A stretch of 64,000 nt of DNA from Patescibacteria group bacterium (GTDB taxonomy: Bacteria; Patescibacteriota; Microgenomatia; UBA12405). Under the pieces are notes generated by a model. That model made no database searches, was not told where the DNA came from, and worked only from the letters and a program-made list of their open reading frames with translations. The stretch covers positions 252,735 through 316,734 of the forward strand of contig JAMCSD010000006.1 of NCBI GenBank assembly GCA_023380755.1. Reading direction: 5' to 3'. Positions 34,103 to 45,225 of the stretch are shown one piece after another; the stretch's first letter is position 1; each line of letters begins with the position of its first letter. The position numbers were made by a program, and so were the translations under genes.

Positions 34103-35329
34103 ATGGACGATAACCACCAGGTTCCTGGCAGTCAACCGATTTCCCCGGAGGACGAAGAAGCCGCCAAGAAATACCAGGAAATCTTAAGCAAGTACGCTGC
34201 TGATTTAACTACCAACACCCTCGAAGAAACTCCCCCGACTCCTGATATTCCTGCCCCTCCTCCGGCCGCCCCACCCGAACCCGAACCAGAGCTCGAGATT
34301 CCGGAAAACACCCAGTTAACCGAAATTCCGACCGAAAACCCGGTCATTATCACCCCCGTAGAACCTCCGCCAGCCGCTATCGCTATCCCCACGCCACCAC
34401 CGGAATTAACCGAACCCGCACCTGTCGCTCTTACCGAAACACCCGCTCCCGAACCGCCACTTAATCCAGTGCTCCCACCACCTTCCCCCCTTCCCCCTCC
34501 GGTCACTCCAGTATCCACTCCTCGTCCCACCTTGCCTTCTCCCCCAGTCACTCCTCCGGTAATTTCCCAAAGTTATCCCTCTCAACCGGGCATCTTCAAA
34601 TACCTTTTTTACCTTTCTTTAGTGGTTTTCTTGTGCGTTTCCGGCGGTTTAGTTTGGACCATGGTCAAACTTAAAAATCTTCAATCTGCCCGCACGATTG
34701 CTAACTCCACTACTATTACTCCTACCGTTTCCGCTCCCACCCCTACCGCCAGTGCTCCCGGTTGTGACCTCAATGACAACCATTATGGTGTCGGCCAAAG
34801 TTTCCCCGCTGCTGATAATTGCAATACGTGTACCTGTAATTCCAGTCTGACGATCGACTGCACCCAAAACGAATGCTCCGCCACCGCTTCCGCTATTCCC
34901 GCGAGTTGGAAGACTTATACCAGTACTCAATACGGACTTTCTTTTAAATATCCGGCAGATCTTACTGTCAAAGAAGATACCGATACACTTCATCTCTTAA
35001 CTAATGACCAAATTAATAATCCCGGAGGCGACAATTTAAATGGCTTTTATTTTCCCAAACAAACCACCATCAAAACCTATATCCAAAATCTCAAGAGCAC
35101 TACATTAACCCCAAATACCCAAATTACCCAAACCACTGTTGCCTTTGGAAAAAATAAATTTACTAAAATCGCCTATACTGATGCTCTGGCAGCTAGGGAA
35201 GAATACCTGTTAGTCAATAAAAACAAGGTTATTGTTTATTCTGGCAACACCCAAGTTCTTTCTACCCTCAATTTCTCGGTCGCTTCTCCAACCCCTTCTT
35301 CTGCTCCGACTTCTACTCCAACTCCGTAA
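34103..35329 (+). CDS. Pro-rich membrane-anchored secreted protein with a Cys-rich module (hypothetical)
   Basis: Pro-rich N-terminal region, TM helix (YLFYLSLVVFLCVSGGLVW), a CDLNDNHYGVGQSFPAADNCNTCTCNSSLTIDCTQNEC module, then a WKTYTSTQYGLSFKYP domain. An alternative ATG is at 34088. The ORF-track start at 33866 lies inside the opposite-strand gene. Confidence 0.65.
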   Translation: MDDNHQVPGSQPISPEDEEAAKKYQEILSKYAADLTTNTLEETPPTPDIPAPPPAAPPEPEPELEIPENTQLTEIPTENPVIITPVEPPPAAIAIPTPPPELTEPAPVALTETPAPEPPLNPVLPPPSPLPPPVTPVSTPRPTLPSPPVTPPVISQSYPSQPGIFKYLFYLSLVVFLCVSGGLVWTMVKLKNLQSARTIANSTTITPTVSAPTPTASAPGCDLNDNHYGVGQSFPAADNCNTCTCNSSLTIDCTQNECSATASAIPASWKTYTSTQYGLSFKYPADLTVKEDTDTLHLLTNDQINNPGGDNLNGFYFPKQTTIKTYIQNLKSTTLTPNTQITQTTVAFGKNKFTKIAYTDALAAREEYLLVNKNKVIVYSGNTQVLSTLNFSVASPTPSSAPTSTPTP

Positions 35330-35404
35330 TTGGTTGACATTCCTTTTGTAAAGTATACAATTGGTACATATTTTTTTGCTATCTCTTTTAACCCATTTCC
35401 CCCC

Positions 35405-35433
35405 TTGTTACTTGAACCTAATCTCTATATAAT
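35405..35433 (+). promoter_or_regulatory. candidate sigma70 promoter for rpoBC
   Basis: TTGTTA (35405-35410), a 17-nt spacer, then TATAAT (35428-35433). It is about 60 nt upstream of the rpoB ATG. Confidence 0.5.
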
Positions 35434-35492
35434 ATCCCACATCTTCTATGGCCTAGGTGTGGCCTAAATTAACAAATTAACAAAAAAACTCG

Positions 35493-38400
35493 ATGAGTTC
35501 CGACAAAAAACGTACCAACTGGGGCAAAAAGTTCCCCAATGTTCCTCATTTAGACCTTGTTAAAGTTCAAAAAGAATCCTGGGAAAGCTTCCTTAAAAAT
35601 GATTTAGGCGAAACAATCCAATCAATTTCCCCCATTTCCGATTACACGGGTAATAACTGGTCCCTAGAATTAGGTGAACTAACCTACGATCCCATCAATG
35701 TCACCCCAGAGATTGCTAAGAAAAAAGGTCTGAATTACACCATTCCGGTCAAAATCAAAGCTAAATTAACCAACAAACGAACTGGTTCAGTCGCTGAAGA
35801 AAATGTCTTTTTCCTGAATATGCCGACCATGACCGAAGAGGGCACCTTCATTATTAACGGTATTGAACGCGGCATCATTAATCAGCTTATCCGTTCTCCC
35901 GGAGTTTATTTTACCGGTGAGACCGATGCTGCTACCGGCAAAAACCTTTTTAATGCTGAAATCCGGCCCAACAAAGGTTCTTGGCTGGAATTCTTTATCG
36001 GCAAAAAGGACGTTATCTTTGCCCGTATTGACCGCAAGAAAAAATTCCCGGCCACCCTCATGCTCCGGGCTGCGTGCCAAATGAATGACAAGCAATTAGT
36101 TCATGAATTTGGTGATTACATTACTGGCACTATTCAGGCAGATCCCAGCAAAACTCCCGAAGAAGCCACCATGGAGTTTTATAAAAAACTGCGACCCGGC
36201 GAACCGGTTGTTTTGGAAAATGCTCAAAAATTCTTCACCGAACGCTTTTTTGATCTGAAAACCTATGAATTAGGCAATGTCGGCCGATATAAAGTCAACA
36301 AAAAATTCGGTTTTAACTTCGATGACACCGACAAAACCAACTGGGTGCTGCGCCCCGAGGATATTGTCGCCACTATTAAGCACTTAATTAAACTCCAGAA
36401 AGGTGAAATCAAAACTCTCGATGATATCGATAGCCTGGCTAACCGCCGTTTACGCCGCTGTGGCGAAATTGTGTCTCAAATCGCCATTAAACCAGCCCTG
36501 GCCCGTTTTGAACGGATGGTCAAAGAGCGCATGAGCTTGATTTCTACCAAAGAAAAACCCTCTCCTTCCCAATTAATTAATCCTCAGCCCTTAATTTCTG
36601 GCTTAAATACCTTCTTCCGCTCCAACCAACTGTCAGCTATTTTGGATCAAACCAATCCTTTGGCTGAATTGGATCTCTTGCGCCGGGTGACTGTTATTGG
36701 TCAGGGTGGTTTAACCCGCGAACGGGCTGCCTTTTCCATTCGTGACGTTCATAGTTCTCAATATGGTCGGATTTGTGCCGTCCGCTCCCCGGAAGGTCCG
36801 AATATTGGCTTGGTCACCTATTTAGCTTTATATAGTCGGGTGAATAAATACGGATTCATCGAAGCTCCTTTCCGCCCGGTGGAAAAAGTTGGCAATAAGT
36901 TTAAAGTCTCTTCCGAATATGTCTATATCGACGCTGAAGATGAATACAATAAGCGGATCACCCACTTAGGGGTCAAAATTGACGACAACTGGAACATACT
37001 CCAAGACTGGGTGCCTGTCCGTTTCCAGGGCGAATTCATTGAAGGTCCGATTGATCAGGTCGATTTCATCGATCTCGTTCCCAATGAAATTATCGGTTCT
37101 TCAGCTTCCTTAATTCCTTTCATTGATCACGACGATGCCACTCGGGCTCTGATGGGCTCTCACATGCAATGTCAGGCTGTCCCCCTAGTCAAAACGGAAG
37201 CTCCCATTGTCGGTACCGGTATGGAATCAGTAATTGCCGAAGCCCTTCACCGCACCATCCGTGCCAATAATGCTGGTACCGTCACCTTCGCCGACGCTAA
37301 TTCGGTCATCGTCAAACTCGATAAAAAAGCCGATATTGACGCTTCCCGGGAATATTTAAGCCAACTCTCCAAAGATGGTCTTAAAGAAACCTACTATTCC
37401 AATAAATTTGAACGAACTTCTCCCTATGGTACTTGTTACAACCAACGGGTTATAGTTAATATTGGCGATAAGGTCAAGAAAGGGGATTTACTTATTGATG
37501 GTCCGTCCACTACTAATGGTGAATTGTCCTTAGGGAAAAACCTCTTAGTCGCTTATGCCTCCGTTGATGGTTTAACTTTCGAAGATTCTTTCTTAATTTC
37601 TGACCGGATTGTCAAAGAAGATATTCTGACTTCCGTTCAGATTTACGAATATCAAGCCCAAGTCGTCGAAACTAAGCTTGGTTCAGAGGAATTAACCAAA
37701 GATATTCCCAATGTCTCCGAATCCGAATTATCCAAGTTAACCCAAGACGGTATCGTCATGATCGGGGCGATTGTCCGTCCCAACGATATTTTAGTCGGCA
37801 AGGTTGAGCCTCGTGGTGAAAAAGAACTTACCGCCGAGGAACGTCTATTACGCGCTATCTTTGGTGAAAAGGCCCGTGAAGTCAAAGACACTTCCTTGCG
37901 TGTTCCCAATGGTGAAGGCGGCGTCGTCATCAAGGTCGATATTTTGGACAAAGACAAAGGTGATGAACTAGATCCCGGTGTCAACAAAGTGGTTAAGGTT
38001 TATGTCGCCCAAATCCGCCGCATCCAGGAAGGCGACAAAATTTCCGGTCGCCACGGAAACAAGGGTGTCATTTGCCGCATTATGCCGGAATATGACATGC
38101 CCCGCCTGGCCGATGGTACTCCTATTGACCTGGTCATGTCTCCCTTGTCCGTCATCTCTCGTATGAATTTGGGGCAACTGATGGAAGTCGTTTTAGCTTC
38201 CGCCGGTTACCGTCTCAACGAGAAGTTTGCCGTCCCTTCTTTTGAAAAATATTCCGAAGATGAGATTGCTACCGAGTTGACCAAAGCCGGTTTGCCGGTT
38301 AATGGCAAGACCGATCTTTATGACGGCCGGACTGGTGAAAAATATGACCAAAAAGCCTTGGTCGGTATCGGATACATTCTCAAACTCGTCCACATGGTCG

Positions 38401-38810
38401 ATGACAAGGTTCATGCCCGCTCTATCGGTCCCTACTCCTTAGTGACTCAACAGCCTCTGGGTGGTAAAGCCCGGATGGGTGGTCAGCGCTTAGGGGAAAT
38501 GGAAGTTTGGGCCCTGGAAGCTCATCGGGCGGCTCATACCTTACAAGAAATGTTAACTATTAAATCCGATGATATTGATGGTCGGGCCAAAGCCTTCCAG
38601 TCAATTATCAAAGGTGCGGAAATTCCTGAACCAGCGATTCCAGAATCCTTTAAAGTCTTAACCAAGGAATTAGCGGGACTTTGTTTGGATATTTCCCCGG
38701 TTGGGGCGACTCCGGCTCTAACCACCCCTGCCGAAGAGGCCGAGGCAGTTGCCGAAACCCCTTCCACTACTAATTCAAAATCTAAAGAAGAGGAGGAAGC
38801 CAATGTTTAA
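35493..38810 (+). CDS. rpoB: DNA-directed RNA polymerase subunit beta
   Basis: 1105 aa. Contains the conserved blocks GTFIINGIERGIINQL, SQLSQF-like SAILDQTNPL, GRHGNKGV and GGQRLGEMEVWALEAH. Confidence 0.98.
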   Translation: MSSDKKRTNWGKKFPNVPHLDLVKVQKESWESFLKNDLGETIQSISPISDYTGNNWSLELGELTYDPINVTPEIAKKKGLNYTIPVKIKAKLTNKRTGSVAEENVFFLNMPTMTEEGTFIINGIERGIINQLIRSPGVYFTGETDAATGKNLFNAEIRPNKGSWLEFFIGKKDVIFARIDRKKKFPATLMLRAACQMNDKQLVHEFGDYITGTIQADPSKTPEEATMEFYKKLRPGEPVVLENAQKFFTERFFDLKTYELGNVGRYKVNKKFGFNFDDTDKTNWVLRPEDIVATIKHLIKLQKGEIKTLDDIDSLANRRLRRCGEIVSQIAIKPALARFERMVKERMSLISTKEKPSPSQLINPQPLISGLNTFFRSNQLSAILDQTNPLAELDLLRRVTVIGQGGLTRERAAFSIRDVHSSQYGRICAVRSPEGPNIGLVTYLALYSRVNKYGFIEAPFRPVEKVGNKFKVSSEYVYIDAEDEYNKRITHLGVKIDDNWNILQDWVPVRFQGEFIEGPIDQVDFIDLVPNEIIGSSASLIPFIDHDDATRALMGSHMQCQAVPLVKTEAPIVGTGMESVIAEALHRTIRANNAGTVTFADANSVIVKLDKKADIDASREYLSQLSKDGLKETYYSNKFERTSPYGTCYNQRVIVNIGDKVKKGDLLIDGPSTTNGELSLGKNLLVAYASVDGLTFEDSFLISDRIVKEDILTSVQIYEYQAQVVETKLGSEELTKDIPNVSESELSKLTQDGIVMIGAIVRPNDILVGKVEPRGEKELTAEERLLRAIFGEKAREVKDTSLRVPNGEGGVVIKVDILDKDKGDELDPGVNKVVKVYVAQIRRIQEGDKISGRHGNKGVICRIMPEYDMPRLADGTPIDLVMSPLSVISRMNLGQLMEVVLASAGYRLNEKFAVPSFEKYSEDEIATELTKAGLPVNGKTDLYDGRTGEKYDQKALVGIGYILKLVHMVDDKVHARSIGPYSLVTQQPLGGKARMGGQRLGEMEVWALEAHRAAHTLQEMLTIKSDDIDGRAKAFQSIIKGAEIPEPAIPESFKVLTKELAGLCLDISPVGATPALTTPAEEAEAVAETPSTTNSKSKEEEEANV

Positions 38811-41800
38811 ATTTAGAAGTATGACCGACTTTACCGGTCTCAAAATTAAGTTAGCCTCACCGGACGAAATCTTAGAGTGGTCTCATGGTGAAGTTACCAA
38901 ACCCGAAACCATTAACTACCGTTCCTGGCGTCCGGAAAAAGACGGCTTATTTTGTGAAAAGATCTTTGGGCCGTCAAAGGACTATGAATGTTATTGTGGA
39001 AAATACAAGAAAATCCGATTTAAGGGCGTTATTTGCGATAAGTGTGGCGTCGAAGTCACTACTTCCAAAGTCCGTCGCGAACGGATGGGGCATATCGCTC
39101 TCGCGGCTCCGGTCACTCATTTGTGGTACCTGCGCAATACTCCCTCGCCTTTAAGTGTTATCTTGGATGTTCCTCAAAAAGATCTGGAATCAGTCGTTTA
39201 TTTCACCAAATACCTGGTCACCGAGGTCAATAACGACCAGCGTAAAGAAGCTGCGGCCAATATCGAGACCAACTCCAAGAAAATGCTCGACACCATTGAT
39301 GGCAATACTGCCAAGGCGGCTGACCTTCGCACCGACCAAAATAATGCTGACAAGAAAACTTTGGCTAAAAAGATCAAAAATAAAGCCCAGCTCCTCATCG
39401 CCCAAAAAGAAATGGATGTCAAGCTGAAGCAGGATATTCAAAAGATCGAGAATAAAGCCAAGATGGAAAAGGAAAGAGTTGAAAGTTTGGCTAAGTTCTT
39501 ATCCGATAAAGTCCAGGCTCTGCAAACTCTGTCCACCCTTACCGACGAAGAGTATTTTTATCTCACTCAATTCAAGGCTGATAACTTCTTTGTCGCCAAG
39601 ATGGGCGCTGAAGCTCTATCGGAAGTCTTAAAAGAGTTAGATCTGCCGGAAACTGTCAAAAACCTCAAAAAGGAATTAAGCAAAACCAGTTCCAAGCTCA
39701 AGAAAAAGAAAATCATGTACAAAGTCCGGATTTTAAACGGCATGATTGAAAACCAGATCCATCCTCAATGGATGGTGCTCAACGTGGTTCCGGTGGTTCC
39801 GCCGGATTTGCGCCCCATGGTCCAACTGACCGGTGGCCGTTTTGCTACCTCCGATTTAAATGATCTTTACCGCCGTTTAATCAACCGTAATAACCGCTTA
39901 AAGAAATTAATGAAACTGGGTGCTCCGGAAATTATTTTGCGCAACGAAAAACGGATGCTCCAAGAATCCGTCGATATGCTGATCGATGCTCAAAAGAGTT
40001 CCAAAAACAAGCGTAAAAGCATGAAGCGGGCTCCCCGATCCTTGTCCGACCTACTCCGCGGCAAGAAAGGCCGTTTCCGCCGCAATCTTCTCGGTAAGCG
40101 CGTCGACTACTCCGGGCGTTCCGCCATTGTGGTCGGACCAGATCTGAAGCTCAACGAATTTGGGTTACCCAAGGAAATTGCTATCGAAATTTATCGGCCC
40201 TTTATCTTGCGCGAACTGATGATGTCCGGTATCGCTCCGAATATAAAAAGTGCCAAGAATTTAATTGATCATCGGGTCAATGAAGTTTATGATGTCTTGG
40301 AAAAGGTTACCAAGGATAGTTACTTGCTCCTCAACCGGGCCCCGACCTTGCACAAACTGTCTATCCAGGCTTTCAAACCAAAACTAACCGATGGTTTGGC
40401 GATTCGCTTGCACCCTTGCGTTTGTAAGGGTTTCAATGCTGACTTCGATGGTGACCAGATGGGTGTCCATTTACCCCTTTCTGTCGCTTCCCAAAAAGAA
40501 GCCAAGCGTTTAATGTTGCCTTCACATAACCTGTTAAAGCCGGCTGATGCTATGCCGATCAACACCCCTTCCCAGGAAATGGCTGTTGGTTGTTATTACA
40601 TCACTTCTGTTCGGACCCAGGACATCGAAAAGGAAAAGTCCGACAGCTTCGAAGGTTTGCCTGTTTTTGGCAGTGCCGACGAGGTCGAACTGGCTTACCA
40701 GGCGGGCAAAATCGAAATGCGCGAGCTTTTGGTCGTCAAATTAAACGGCAAGCTCATGAAAACCACCTTTGGCCGTATCTGGTTCAATTCCATCTTACCT
40801 AAGGAGTTTGAGTTCATGAATGTTGCCTTTGGCGGTTCCAAAGCCATGAATGACCTGATTATTAAGTCTATGGAAATCTCTGGCCGTTTGGCCACTGTTC
40901 ACCTGATTGATGCTCTCAAGAATATCGGGTTTAAGGGTTTCACCATGTCCGGTCTGTCCCTCTCTATGGATGATATGGGTTACCTTCCCGAGAAAGATGA
41001 AATCATCACCGCCGCCAACAACCGGGTGGCCGAAATTGAAGAAAACTTCAAGATGGGACTCATCAGCAACGAAGAAAAGAAGCGTTTATCCCAATCGGTC
41101 TGGATGGAAATCACTGAAGAAATTGCCGAAAAGACTTGGGCAACTCTGGACATTGATTCACCCATTAGGATTGTTTCCGCGGCTGGTATTAAACGGGCTT
41201 CCAAAGACCAAATTAAACAACTCTCGGGTATGCGGGGATTGATGGTCGATCCTACCGGCAGAATCGTTCCGTTACCGACTAAGTCTAATTTCCGCGAAGG
41301 ATTGTCCGTCTTTGAATATGTCACCGGCGCCCGCGGTACGCGCAAAGGTTTGGCGGATACCGCATTGAAGACCGCTGATGCTGGTTACTTAACCCGCCGG
41401 CTCGTTGATGCCACCCATGCTTGTATCGTCCGCGAGGATGATTGCGGCACCTCTAAGTTTGTTACTATTGACCGCAACGAGAAAAACCGTGAACGTTATT
41501 TTGGCCGCCGATTAATTGGCCGTGTTTTAGCCAATGATGTCGTTGACCCCAAGAATAATAAAGTCTTGGCTACCAAAGGCACGCTGATCGACAGCGATCT
41601 GACCAACCTCTTGGAAAAGAGTGAAGTCTCAACAGTCGATGTCCGCTCACCATTAACCTGCCGGGCTCAATATGGCATCTGCCAAAAGTGTTACGGCTGG
41701 GATCTATCCACTCGGAAACTGGTGGACATTGGTGTTCCAGTTGGCGTCGTTGCCGCTCAATCTATCGGCGAACCTGGTACTCAGTTGACCATGCGGACCA

Positions 41801-42534
41801 AGCACACCGGAGGTGTTTTAGGCGTTGATGTGACCCAGGGTCTGCCTCGGGTTCAGGAACTCTTTGAAATCCGCACTCCCAAGCTGCCTTCTCCCATGGC
41901 CGAAATTGATGGCAAAGTTCGCGTCAAGGAAACTACCGATGGTTATGAAATCAAGCTCACCGGCAAAGATAGCAAGAATGTTTCCAAGACTGTCCGCTAC
42001 TTATTGCCGCTCAATGTTACCTTAACCGTTTCCGATGGCGACTTGGTCGCTCAAGGTACCCAGCTTTGTGCCGGTTCCTTGGACGTTAAAGAGGTCATGG
42101 AAATCAAGGGTATCGAGGCCGCCCAAAAGTACTTGATTAACAATATTCAAGGCGTTTATGAATCGCAGGGTATTACCATTCATGACAAACACTTTGAGAT
42201 CTTAGTCAAAGAAATGAGTGACAAGATTAAAATCGAAGATCCCGGTGATTCTAATTTCCTTTATGGGCAATATGTCACCCGGGCGGTTTACAACGAAGTC
42301 AATGAGAAGATCAAGGCTGATAATGGCAGACCGGCCAAAGGTAAGAAAGTGCTTTTGGGTCTTATCCAGTCGGCACTGACCACCGGTTCTTGGCTTTCCG
42401 CCGCCTCCTTCCAACAGACTACTAGTGTTCTGACCGAAGCTTCCTTGTTAGCCGAGGTTGATCACTTGATAGGGTTAAAGGAAAATGTTATTATCGGAAG
42501 ACTTATTCCGGTCGGTAAAGACCAGAGTATCTAA
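38803..42534 (+). CDS. rpoC: DNA-directed RNA polymerase subunit beta'
   Basis: Zn-binding [23 protein letters not shown], the catalytic NADFDGDQM and a trigger-loop region. The ATG at 38803 is preceded by GAGGAGGA and overlaps rpoB by 8 nt. Confidence 0.97.
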   Translation: MFKFRSMTDFTGLKIKLASPDEILEWSHGEVTKPETINYRSWRPEKDGLFCEKIFGPSKDYECYCGKYKKIRFKGVICDKCGVEVTTSKVRRERMGHIALAAPVTHLWYLRNTPSPLSVILDVPQKDLESVVYFTKYLVTEVNNDQRKEAAANIETNSKKMLDTIDGNTAKAADLRTDQNNADKKTLAKKIKNKAQLLIAQKEMDVKLKQDIQKIENKAKMEKERVESLAKFLSDKVQALQTLSTLTDEEYFYLTQFKADNFFVAKMGAEALSEVLKELDLPETVKNLKKELSKTSSKLKKKKIMYKVRILNGMIENQIHPQWMVLNVVPVVPPDLRPMVQLTGGRFATSDLNDLYRRLINRNNRLKKLMKLGAPEIILRNEKRMLQESVDMLIDAQKSSKNKRKSMKRAPRSLSDLLRGKKGRFRRNLLGKRVDYSGRSAIVVGPDLKLNEFGLPKEIAIEIYRPFILRELMMSGIAPNIKSAKNLIDHRVNEVYDVLEKVTKDSYLLLNRAPTLHKLSIQAFKPKLTDGLAIRLHPCVCKGFNADFDGDQMGVHLPLSVASQKEAKRLMLPSHNLLKPADAMPINTPSQEMAVGCYYITSVRTQDIEKEKSDSFEGLPVFGSADEVELAYQAGKIEMRELLVVKLNGKLMKTTFGRIWFNSILPKEFEFMNVAFGGSKAMNDLIIKSMEISGRLATVHLIDALKNIGFKGFTMSGLSLSMDDMGYLPEKDEIITAANNRVAEIEENFKMGLISNEEKKRLSQSVWMEITEEIAEKTWATLDIDSPIRIVSAAGIKRASKDQIKQLSGMRGLMVDPTGRIVPLPTKSNFREGLSVFEYVTGARGTRKGLADTALKTADAGYLTRRLVDATHACIVREDDCGTSKFVTIDRNEKNRERYFGRRLIGRVLANDVVDPKNNKVLATKGTLIDSDLTNLLEKSEVSTVDVRSPLTCRAQYGICQKCYGWDLSTRKLVDIGVPVGVVAAQSIGEPGTQLTMRTKHTGGVLGVDVTQGLPRVQELFEIRTPKLPSPMAEIDGKVRVKETTDGYEIKLTGKDSKNVSKTVRYLLPLNVTLTVSDGDLVAQGTQLCAGSLDVKEVMEIKGIEAAQKYLINNIQGVYESQGITIHDKHFEILVKEMSDKIKIEDPGDSNFLYGQYVTRAVYNEVNEKIKADNGRPAKGKKVLLGLIQSALTTGSWLSAASFQQTTSVLTEASLLAEVDHLIGLKENVIIGRLIPVGKDQSI

Positions 42535-42536
42535 TT

Positions 42537-42959
42537 ATGCCAACATTCAATCAATTGATTCACCGCGGTCGCAAGAAACCTGGCAACAAGGTTAAAGCTG
42601 CTGCCTTGCGTGATAATTTCAATAGTATTAAAAATCGCACTGTCATCACTTTTAACCCCATCAAAAGGGGAGTGGTCACTGTAGTTAAAACTATGACTCC
42701 CAAAAAGCCGCATTCGGCTTTACGGAAAGTTGCCAAGGTCAAACTGTCAAACCGCAGTACCGTTACGGCCTATATTCCTGGCATTGGTCATAATTTAGCC
42801 GAACACGGTATCGTCGCTGTCCGCGGTGGTCGTGTTCGGGATCTTCCGGGTGTTCGTTATCATATTGTCCGCGGTAAATTCGATGCCGCCGGTGTGGCTG
42901 GACGCAACCAATCCCGTAGTAAATACGGTGCTAAGCGCCAAGCTGCCAAATCTGCCTAA
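42537..42959 (+). CDS. rpsL: 30S ribosomal protein S12
   Basis: 140 aa. Contains [23 protein letters not shown] and [26 protein letters not shown]. Confidence 0.97.
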   Translation: MPTFNQLIHRGRKKPGNKVKAAALRDNFNSIKNRTVITFNPIKRGVVTVVKTMTPKKPHSALRKVAKVKLSNRSTVTAYIPGIGHNLAEHGIVAVRGGRVRDLPGVRYHIVRGKFDAAGVAGRNQSRSKYGAKRQAAKSA

Positions 42960-42973
42960 ATTTATAACCTATT

Positions 42974-43450
42974 ATGCGTAAAGGACCCACTAGAACCAGA
43001 ACCATTGAAGCTGATCCTAAATATCAAAGCATCGTGGTTGCCAAACTTATTAACTATGCCATGCGCCATGGCAAAAAATTGGCCAGTTCCAAACAGGTTT
43101 ATCTGGCTCTCGACAAGATCAAAAGCGAGACCAAACAGGAACCTTTAACTGTCCTCGAACAGGCGCTTGATTCAATTAAACCTAAAGTCGAAGTCCGTCC
43201 CCGCCGGATCGGTGGTGCTGTTTACCAAGTTCCCACCCCGGTCCGTGGCAATCGTCAGCTTTCGCTGGCTATCCGTTGGTTGGTAACTGCTGCCCGGGCC
43301 AAAGAAAACAAACAATTCCATACCTTTTCTGACAAGCTGGTTTCCGAAATTACTTCGGCTCTCAAGGGCGAAGGCAGTGCCATCAGCAAAAGAATGGATG
43401 TCGAAAAGATGGCTGAGGCTAATAAAGCCTTTGCCCACTTGCGCTGGTAA
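42974..43450 (+). CDS. rpsG: 30S ribosomal protein S7
   Basis: 158 aa. Contains DPKYQS..V.K.IN..M..GKK, VEVRPRRIGGAVYQVP and the terminal AFAHLRW. Confidence 0.97.
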   Translation: MRKGPTRTRTIEADPKYQSIVVAKLINYAMRHGKKLASSKQVYLALDKIKSETKQEPLTVLEQALDSIKPKVEVRPRRIGGAVYQVPTPVRGNRQLSLAIRWLVTAARAKENKQFHTFSDKLVSEITSALKGEGSAISKRMDVEKMAEANKAFAHLRW

Positions 43451-43476
43451 GAAAACTTGTCCATACTTAAGTAAGG

Positions 43477-44949
43477 ATGTCTATATTCAAAAGTACGAAA
43501 ATTGTCTTGTGGCCGAAAAAAGATATTGTCGATATTTATCTTAACCAAAAAGACAACAATAGTTACAGCTTTAACCTCAACCTATGGGAAGAAAGGACGG
43601 CCGCTGAGCTGGTCCCCTTAACCGAGTTTTTTAAAGATCATCCCAAAGAAGTCCTTTGTTGCCTCTCTGACGAAGTCACCATCACTAAGTCCTTTATTTA
43701 TGATACTAAAATCGAAAAAATCGATAAAAAGGAGGTTAAGGCTTTAGCCGAAAGTAGCATTACTTTTCCCCTCGATCCTGATTATATTGATTTTGAGCTC
43801 GATCAATCCCTGCCGGACAAAACTATCATCCGCGCTCATCTTACCAATGCCGAAAAACTAAAAGTTCTCCAAAAGAATCTCGCGGCTGCCGGTTTGACCG
43901 TTACCCGATATGAAACTATTTCCGAGTTAATTGCCCATTCAATTTCTTCCTTTTATACCTCGGACTATTTCCTCATCTATCAAGCTTCGGCCACGGAGTA
44001 CTTTTTAATGTTAGCCAAAGCTTCGGCGGTTTACCTTACCGCTAAACTTAAAGGTGCCGCTCCCGACCTCCAAAAAATCATTAATTACTCGCCGCTCTAT
44101 TTCCAAAAAGTGACTTCCAAGCTTTTTGTCCCCCAAGGTTCAACTATTGAGCCCAAATCCACTGCGGCGATGGAAGTGACACCGTATCAATCCTCGCAAA
44201 TTGCCGCTTCTTTAAACCAGCCGCTAAATTTGCCCCTGCCGGTATTAGGCTTTCTGCTTAAGCCTAGTGTTGCTGTCCCAAAAACTGCTATAATCAAAGA
44301 TACTCAATTACCTAACAACGCACCTATGGAAAACAAGAAAAATATCCTTCCGCTTATTTTAGTTTTTGTTATCACTGCAGCTATTGCCTCGCTAGTTTTG
44401 TGGATGGTCACTCGCCGTTCCGCCAGTCAGCAAGTGGAAACTCCTACTAGTGATGTAACGGCTACCCCCGAACCCACTGTTGAAACTCCTACCGATACTC
44501 CGGTTCCCACTCTCGCTGCTGTCAGCAAAACCCTCAAAATTCAGGTTCAAAACGCCACGGATATTAATGGCCAAGCTGCCAAAGTCAAAGCCGAATTAGT
44601 GGCTCTCGGATTTAAGAGTGTCTCCGTGGGTAATGCTAAAGCCAAAGCCACTCAAAATCAAATTGGCCTCAAGTCTACCTCCGAATCAGCTGGCCCCTAT
44701 TTCCAACAGCAGCTGCCCGGCTTTACAGATGCCGCCTTAACCAATCTTAAAGATAATTCCACCTATGATGTGGTCGTTATTATTGGTACTGATTTAAGCC
44801 AGTTTACTTCCTCTATCACTCCGGCGGTCGCTACCACTGTCGCTCCGACTAAAGCGGTGACCAAGAAAGTTACTCCGACTCCCACTAAAGCTACCGCTAA
44901 AACCACTGTTACTCCCACTGGTACAGTTGCTCCGACGACTACTCCTTAA
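43477..44949 (+). CDS. bitopic membrane protein with a C-terminal LytR_C-like domain; the N-domain may be PilM/FtsA-like (hypothetical)
   Basis: 490 aa. TM helix ILPLILVFVITAAIASLVLWMV and a Thr/Pro linker. LKIQVQNATDINGQAAKVKAELVALGFKSVSVGNA resembles LytR C-terminal domains. The N-domain assignment is weak. Confidence 0.55.
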   Translation: MSIFKSTKIVLWPKKDIVDIYLNQKDNNSYSFNLNLWEERTAAELVPLTEFFKDHPKEVLCCLSDEVTITKSFIYDTKIEKIDKKEVKALAESSITFPLDPDYIDFELDQSLPDKTIIRAHLTNAEKLKVLQKNLAAAGLTVTRYETISELIAHSISSFYTSDYFLIYQASATEYFLMLAKASAVYLTAKLKGAAPDLQKIINYSPLYFQKVTSKLFVPQGSTIEPKSTAAMEVTPYQSSQIAASLNQPLNLPLPVLGFLLKPSVAVPKTAIIKDTQLPNNAPMENKKNILPLILVFVITAAIASLVLWMVTRRSASQQVETPTSDVTATPEPTVETPTDTPVPTLAAVSKTLKIQVQNATDINGQAAKVKAELVALGFKSVSVGNAKAKATQNQIGLKSTSESAGPYFQQQLPGFTDAALTNLKDNSTYDVVVIIGTDLSQFTSSITPAVATTVAPTKAVTKKVTPTPTKATAKTTVTPTGTVAPTTTP

Positions 44950-44952
44950 AAC

Positions 44953-45225
44953 ATGGCTGGGGTCCGAGTTGAAATCTTCGAAATCGGCCAACAATACTCC
45001 GAAAGCATTCAGGCTCGTACCTATGAAGGTGCCCATGTCATTGGTAATTTTAGTTTGGAACTTTTTGGGATTAGACGGATTATTGTCGATGATTACGGTA
45101 CCAGGGTTTATTTTACCGACTTGGCCGAACCGCTTAAACCCACCTCGGAAATGACTGTCAGGAATTTAGCTGATCCCGATTTCTTACTCCAGATTTCACC
45201 TTACCGCCAAATTATTCCCGAATAA
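44953..45225 (+). CDS. hypothetical small protein
   Basis: 90-aa ORF starting 1 nt after the preceding stop. Its 3' end overlaps the convergent gene by 14 nt. No family recognised. Confidence 0.45.
   Translation: MAGVRVEIFEIGQQYSESIQARTYEGAHVIGNFSLELFGIRRIIVDDYGTRVYFTDLAEPLKPTSEMTVRNLADPDFLLQISPYRQIIPE

Noticed and set aside
34230-34560. Repetitive CCN-rich DNA, considered as a possible tandem repeat or array. A similar stretch lies at about 29215-29520.
   Set aside because: Both stretches are in-frame proline-rich linkers (PPxP, PEP, TPxP) of membrane-anchored proteins. There is no fixed-length repeat unit or spacer structure, so this is not a CRISPR array or a satellite.
35334-35361. Second promoter-like element upstream of rpoB: TTGACA, a 16-nt spacer, then TACAAT.
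   Set aside because: I have not discarded it outright, but I ranked it below the TTGTTA-17-TATAAT element at 35405-35433. I cannot decide between them without transcript data, so only the latter is listed as a feature.
38749-38802. ORF-track start at 38749 for rpoC.
   Set aside because: That start would add 18 non-conserved residues overlapping the rpoB C-terminus. The ATG at 38803 is preceded by GAGGAGGA and gives the usual beta-prime N-terminus.
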